In this document: positions 59,523 through 64,000 of the stretch, in pieces | Layout: every line of letters starts with the position of its first letter | Numbering within the stretch: the stretch's first letter is position 1 | Assembly (NCBI GenBank): GCA_902780405.1 | Contig: CACZFI010000002.1 | Coordinates: 47,810 to 111,809 of the forward strand | Length of the DNA stretch: 64,000 nucleotides | Source of the DNA: an uncultured Lachnospiraceae bacterium | GTDB lineage: Bacteria > Bacillota > Clostridia > Lachnospirales > Lachnospiraceae | Reading direction: 5' to 3' | The notes under the pieces: model-generated | Seen by the model: only the letters and a program-made list of their open reading frames with translations | What the model was told of the DNA's origin: nothing | The model's database searches: none | Program-made: the position numbers and the translations under genes

Positions 59523-62078
59523 TTATCTGTTGTCTTTCAGTTTTCGCAGAGTCTCCCTCATTTCCCTGCTCACCTTAAGACTGTTCTTTAACGCTGTCCT
59601 GTCACGTTTTGCGGTGTGTGCTTCTCGCTCAACACGCTCGGCAGGCTTTTGTTCTTGCCTCGGCTCCGGCTTTGTTTCCGGCTTTGCCTCTTGCATCGGC
59701 ACCTGCTTCGGTACTGTCTGTGCGGGTGTTACCTTCTTTCCGCTGTCGATTTCAATACCCAGTGATTTAAGCAGTTCTTCCGCTTCCTGCTGCAGCCTGC
59801 GTTCCTTCTCGAGATTCTCGTTCAGAGTCTCGTTGCTCTTTTCAACGATATCACCGAAGTGATTCTCAACATCCTTGTACTCCTTGTGATAGTTCGGGAA
59901 CAGGGATGAACGAAACACCGGATAATCCAGTTTTTTCTTCTTATAACTGATATTAAACGTATTCGGATCGTATGCCGGCTCGGGTTCTTCCTCGAATTCT
60001 TCGACTGTTTCGGGTTCGGGCTCTTCCTCGTACTCCTCGACTGTTTCGGGTTCGGGTTCTTCTTCGTACTCCTCGACTGTTTCGGGTTCAGGCTCTGCCT
60101 CGAATTCTTCGACTGTCTCGGGCTCGGGTTCTTCTTCGTACTCCTCGACTGTCTCGGGCTCGGGCTCTGCCTCGAATTCTTCGACTGTCTCGGACTCGGG
60201 TTCTTCCTCGTACTCCTCAACTGTTTCGGGTTCGGGTTCTTCCTCGTACTCCTCGGCTGTTTCGGGCTCGTCTTCGATTAGTTCGCCCTCGTATACATAA
60301 TCCGGATCGGGTTCCGGCGCTTCATACTCAAACTGCGGTGCTACCTCAGGTTCTGCCTCCGGCTCGAATGTTTCTTCCGGTTCTGCTTCTTCCTCGAATT
60401 CCGCTTCTTCCTCGAATTTCGCTTCTTCCTCGAATTCTGCTTCTTCCTCCGGCTCCGCTTCTACCTCGGGTTCCTCGGATGTTTCGGGAATATCATCCTC
60501 TATCCAAGGTTCGGATTCATCCGTAAAGTCTTCCTTCGGCTCATCCTCTTCCCAGGCCTCATAATCACTCTCGGAAGGCTCTGTCACGGATGCTTCAACA
60601 TCCTCTGTGATGCTTTCGGAAGTCTCGTCGGGCTCGGCTGTTTCAAATGCTTCCCCGGTAGATTCCTCGATGTCTCCGAACTCATCATCCTCATCCCAAT
60701 CGCCGAAGTCGTCAAACTCTTCGTCGGTATCACTTTCGATATCCTCAAGCTCAACAGACTCCACGATGGCGGACGATCTGGGAGGGTGCGCCGGTACGAA
60801 AGGTTCGTCAGTATCTTCGGCCGTGTCTGTGTCGGACGCTTCGGTCTCCGGTGCCTCGCTTGCCTCCTCGACTTTCTCCTCTATGTTTTCATCTTCGATC
60901 ACCACCGCATCGGGTACGCTGTTCACCCAATCGGGATCCGGATCGGATTCGGTAATATCCTCCGGGTCATCAGACTCGGAAGTTGTTTCTTCCGTACGCT
61001 CTGTTGCTTCCGTATCAACTTCCTCGGATACCTCGGAAGTTTCCTCAGGCTCGGTCTCAGGCGCGTCCTGATGATCGCTCTCGGATGCCTGCGGAGCGGC
61101 TTCGGCATTCTTTTCGGATGCGTTGTCCGATTCCGTTACCTCAAGCACGTCATCGTCCTCGCTCTTTTTGCGTCTGCCGAACACTTTGCTGAAGAGACCT
61201 TTTTTTTCTGTCTCTTCCGATACTTCTTCCAGTACACGCTCGCCTTCTCCGTCCTCAGCGGATGCATCGGATTCGGACTCGGCTCTCGCTTCTCTTCTGG
61301 CCTGCTCTCGCAGAAGCTTTTTCATCTGCCTCTTGGAAATCTGCTCGTAGAGGCTATCCACCTCCTCGGTGATTTCCGCTTCAACGGGATGCTGGCGCAG
61401 ATCATCGGCCTCGAATAATTTGGCCTCAATCTTTCTTAAATCCTCTTCCGAAGGAGAATCATCTTCCGAAGTCTCCGTCGCATATACGCGAAAATGTGCT
61501 TCGGCATCTTCACTTCCTTCGAGGATTGCTCGCATCAATTCTGCATTCGCGCTGTTTTTGAAGGTAGCTTCGTATAACTCAGCGATCTCTTCGGCGCGGT
61601 TTTTCTTGTCGCGCAGGACGTAGATGAGGAAAAGCTCGTAGCTCCACTCATAGTCCATCGTATGCGCATAGGTGCTTCCGAGGATCTCGGAAAGCGTTTC
61701 AAGGTCATTCCCCGTGGCTTTCTCGTGCAGGTAGTCGGCCAGTTTGGTGTCCGCGCCGTCCTGTCCCGCCTCAAAGAGATAGATCTCGTAGTAGCGTTCT
61801 GCCAACTCGGGGTAACCGATACGATAGTATAAATCCATCAAAAGCATGATGACGCGCTTGCTCTCCGGTGCCAGATTCCTGGACATCAGGAGGGTGCGTC
61901 TTGCTTTTTTCAGTTTATTGTTCTTGATGTAGATTTCGCCACAGAGGCGTAAAAACTGCGGATTGAGCGACTTGGACAGATCCTGACTTTCGATGATGTC
62001 CAATGCCAGACTGTATTCTCTTTGACTTGCCAGCTCTTTGATCTTATTGACGCTGGCCATACTCAACCCGGAGCTCAT
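59523..62078 (-). CDS. ~850-aa extremely acidic protein with a TPR-like helical N-terminus (start 62078 or 62060)
   Basis: N-terminal YSLALDII...RLCGEIY...LAERYYE helical repeats; Glu/Asp/Pro-rich centre with tandem repeats; basic C-terminus. Confidence 0.75.
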   Translation of the reverse strand: MSSGLSMASVNKIKELASQREYSLALDIIESQDLSKSLNPQFLRLCGEIYIKNNKLKKARRTLLMSRNLAPESKRVIMLLMDLYYRIGYPELAERYYEIYLFEAGQDGADTKLADYLHEKATGNDLETLSEILGSTYAHTMDYEWSYELFLIYVLRDKKNRAEEIAELYEATFKNSANAELMRAILEGSEDAEAHFRVYATETSEDDSPSEEDLRKIEAKLFEADDLRQHPVEAEITEEVDSLYEQISKRQMKKLLREQARREARAESESDASAEDGEGERVLEEVSEETEKKGLFSKVFGRRKKSEDDDVLEVTESDNASEKNAEAAPQASESDHQDAPETEPEETSEVSEEVDTEATERTEETTSESDDPEDITESDPDPDWVNSVPDAVVIEDENIEEKVEEASEAPETEASDTDTAEDTDEPFVPAHPPRSSAIVESVELEDIESDTDEEFDDFGDWDEDDEFGDIEESTGEAFETAEPDETSESITEDVEASVTEPSESDYEAWEEDEPKEDFTDESEPWIEDDIPETSEEPEVEAEPEEEAEFEEEAKFEEEAEFEEEAEPEETFEPEAEPEVAPQFEYEAPEPDPDYVYEGELIEDEPETAEEYEEEPEPETVEEYEEEPESETVEEFEAEPEPETVEEYEEEPEPETVEEFEAEPEPETVEEYEEEPEPETVEEYEEEPEPETVEEFEEEPEPAYDPNTFNISYKKKKLDYPVFRSSLFPNYHKEYKDVENHFGDIVEKSNETLNENLEKERRLQQEAEELLKSLGIEIDSGKKVTPAQTVPKQVPMQEAKPETKPEPRQEQKPAERVEREAHTAKRDRTALKNSLKVSREMRETLRKLKDNR
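59979..60266 (-). repeat. In-frame 36-bp tandem repeat, 8 units (PETVEEY/FEE/AEPE)
   Basis: Eight contiguous 12-aa units with no spacers. Confidence 0.92.
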
Positions 62079-62100
62079 AATGTCACCTCAAACAACTTAC

Positions 62101-63198
62101 TTATCGACCCTCAAATACCTTCTCGACCTTCTCGATAACGGTATCTTTCATATTGCCTCTGGTCCGCTCATACTGCAGGCCGGATTCCATGATCTCGAGG
62201 AGTTCCATACGGTACTCACTGTCAATATCTTTGATATTGTCCATCAGGATGTCTTTGATCTCGATGACATATTCCTTCTCTTTCATCTTGTCGATCATCT
62301 CATCCGGATTGAATCTTGATGTACTCTTGATATCTTCCTGCTTACGTCCGCAGACCACGCACTCGTCTGTGCCGGCTTCATTGACGTAACCGCAGTTACA
62401 TGTCCAGATCATACCGTCGGTTCTGTACTTCTCAACAGCATCGATGCCGCGCTTCTCCTTGAGCGCCGCAAGTCTGTGTAACGGCATGGTGACATTGATC
62501 GGTGTGTCATTGCATGCGTAGACGCCTCTGGTGGTTACATACTTGGAAATGATCACCTTGGCATCCTTGATCAAAGGAATGTCCTTCGCGGGAAGTTTGC
62601 ACTCTACAGCCTGAGACTCGATCTGAGTGATATTACCCTTCTCGAAGGTAAAGTCCATATTCTTGATGAGCATCTTCTCCTCGTAGAGGTTGGTAAGTTC
62701 CACATCCGCGCGGATTGCAAGAATGTCATCCTGATTGTAATTGTAAAATGTAACCTGAAGCTCTACGTCCTTATTGAGTCCCTTTAAAGCTACCTTCACC
62801 GGTCTCGGAACAAGGCGATTGTAGTAGTTGCTTACGTAGAGTTCCTTGATTACCGTCTTATCCTTGGATACGGTCTTTCTGAGCTTGACAGCCATGCCGG
62901 AAGCAATGGTACCAACGGAATTTCCGGAAAACGGTGTATAGTTAAGTGCAAGTCCGATCACCGCGTCAGCCCCCCGCTTCTCGGCGATCTTCTCGAGTTT
63001 TTCTATGTTGGATTCGTTCAAAGCCTCCAACTTGCTGGTAAGCTTATCGCTTTCCTGGTCGGACATATCCGTGATGTTCTGTACGATTCCCTTGAAGAAG
63101 TTGGTACCAAGAACTGTTTGAACACTGACAAATCCGAGATACTCAGAAATTTCGTAGCCATCAAAGCCGTTGGTGGCCGTCATCATAACTTTGCTCAT
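62101..63198 (-). CDS. YbjQ/UPF0145-domain protein with a C-terminal zinc ribbon
   Basis: N-terminal TATNGFDGYEISEYLG...GADAVIG; WTCNCGYVNEAGTDECVVCG. Confidence 0.78.
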   Translation of the reverse strand: MSKVMMTATNGFDGYEISEYLGFVSVQTVLGTNFFKGIVQNITDMSDQESDKLTSKLEALNESNIEKLEKIAEKRGADAVIGLALNYTPFSGNSVGTIASGMAVKLRKTVSKDKTVIKELYVSNYYNRLVPRPVKVALKGLNKDVELQVTFYNYNQDDILAIRADVELTNLYEEKMLIKNMDFTFEKGNITQIESQAVECKLPAKDIPLIKDAKVIISKYVTTRGVYACNDTPINVTMPLHRLAALKEKRGIDAVEKYRTDGMIWTCNCGYVNEAGTDECVVCGRKQEDIKSTSRFNPDEMIDKMKEKEYVIEIKDILMDNIKDIDSEYRMELLEIMESGLQYERTRGNMKDTVIEKVEKVFEGR

Positions 63199-63258
63199 TG
63201 AAATACCCTCCATATATTTGTGTACTCACATACCCGAAAATTATATCATATTTCGGTC

Positions 63259-63768
63259 TTAATTAAAAGCACTTTTAACATTTGTATTCTCGTACAAACG
63301 ATAGTAAAACTCTACGGAAAAATACGTGTGTTCCTCGCTGTCTCCGATGAGTTTCCAGTCGGGATGTTCGTCTAAATTCGGGAAGTACGTATCCGCTTCA
63401 TAGGTGTATTCTACCTTGGTCACATGCGCATATTTGCAGTACGGAAGCAGCATCTCATACACCTTGCCTCCGCCGACACAGAAGATGTCCCTGCCCTCAA
63501 ACTCCGCAAGTTTCTCAAACAGTTCCTCCTTCGAATGTACGACGATACCACCCCTCACGCTGAAGTTTTTGTCACGCGTCAGGATGATATTCTCCCTGCC
63601 CTTTAAGGGCATCCCGTTCGGGAAGGTCGCAAGCGTCTTTCTGCCGAGCACGATCACGCCGCCCATCGTGATCTGCTGAAAATGTTTCAGGTCCTCGGGG
63701 ATGGAGACATGCTGTCTTCCTTTGTTGCCGATAGCCCAGTGATTATCTACTACTACAATAAGATCCAT
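63259..63768 (-). CDS. folA: Dihydrofolate reductase
   Basis: IVVVDNHWAIG, DLKHF, LGRKT, PLKGRENIILTR, VGGGKVY and ADTYFP. Confidence 0.95.
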   Translation of the reverse strand: MDLIVVVDNHWAIGNKGRQHVSIPEDLKHFQQITMGGVIVLGRKTLATFPNGMPLKGRENIILTRDKNFSVRGGIVVHSKEELFEKLAEFEGRDIFCVGGGKVYEMLLPYCKYAHVTKVEYTYEADTYFPNLDEHPDWKLIGDSEEHTYFSVEFYYRLYENTNVKSAFN

Positions 63769-63789
63769 ATGATTTCCTCTCCAAAAAAA

Positions 63790-64000
63790 TTATACTGCAA
63801 TGGGGATATTCTTTACCTGCGGTCCGGTCACATAATCCTCAATCGTAAAGTCATCCGGCGTAAACGCATAGAAGTCCTTCACCTCGGGATTCAAGGTTAC
63901 CTTCGGCGCCGGATGCGTCTCGCGGGTGATCAGTTCTTTCACGATGGGGATGTGTCTGTCGTAAATGTGCGCATCCGCGATCACGTGCACGAGTTCGCCG
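63790..64000 (-). CDS. thyA: Thymidylate synthase (C-terminal part; runs off window end)
   Basis: ADAHIYDRH...DFYAF...IPIAV, directly upstream of folA. Confidence 0.93.
   Translation of the reverse strand, partial: GELVHVIADAHIYDRHIPIVKELITRETHPAPKVTLNPEVKDFYAFTPDDFTIEDYVTGPQVKNIPIAV

Noticed and set aside
58294-59862. 522-aa plus-strand Leu/Phe/Cys/Arg-rich ORF and similar plus-strand ORFs at 57025-59467
   Set aside because: These are antisense shadows of the K/E/A-rich minus-strand gene; their composition is the reverse complement of repetitive codons, and they have no RBS.
59979-60266. 36-bp repeats resembling a CRISPR array
   Set aside because: The units are contiguous, have no spacers and are in frame within a CDS; there are no cas genes.
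1-64000. tRNA, rRNA, IS transposase or integrase genes
   Set aside because: No cloverleaf-like segments, rRNA-like stretches or DDE/HUH/tyrosine-recombinase motifs were recognised; the intergenic space is otherwise accounted for.

Overview
Core-chromosome segment of an anaerobic Clostridia genome (Lachnospiraceae-like by gene content and style; inference). Almost all genes are on the minus strand. The window carries pantothenate genes (panC partial, panB, PanG-like reductase), hemW-lepA, tandem AIM24 paralogues, a heterodimeric ABC exporter, and an ~11-kb run tetR-cheY-rarA-MacAB-like system (two adaptors)-CPA1 antiporter-trkA-surE. It also has cspA, metY-cysK, a soluble [FeFe]-hydrogenase-like/MCP fusion, hisC, uppP, prfA-prmC, rpmE, rho, tig-clpX-engB (no clpP or lon), a ~1985-aa SPKTG-anchored surface protein, mtnN-luxS, the butyrate operon thl-crt-hbd-bcd-etfB-etfA, an MreB paralogue, two large low-complexity proteins, folA and thyA (partial). 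No tRNA, rRNA, CRISPR array, integrase or transposase was seen. The most interesting signals lie outside the ORF track. (1) An unannotated 42-aa, six-cysteine ORF with a strong RBS is the first cistron of the metY-cysK operon, under a promoter with a palindromic operator. (2) An AT-rich islet between rho and rpmE contains small ORFs each followed by an identical 23-bp repeat, resembling a cassette array. (3) A family of four long structured repeats with covarying stems is present, three of them in the mtnN-luxS operon. (4) A phased TATATACT array precedes an accessory AAA ATPase. (5) A putative H2-sensing chemoreceptor is encoded at 26909-28879.
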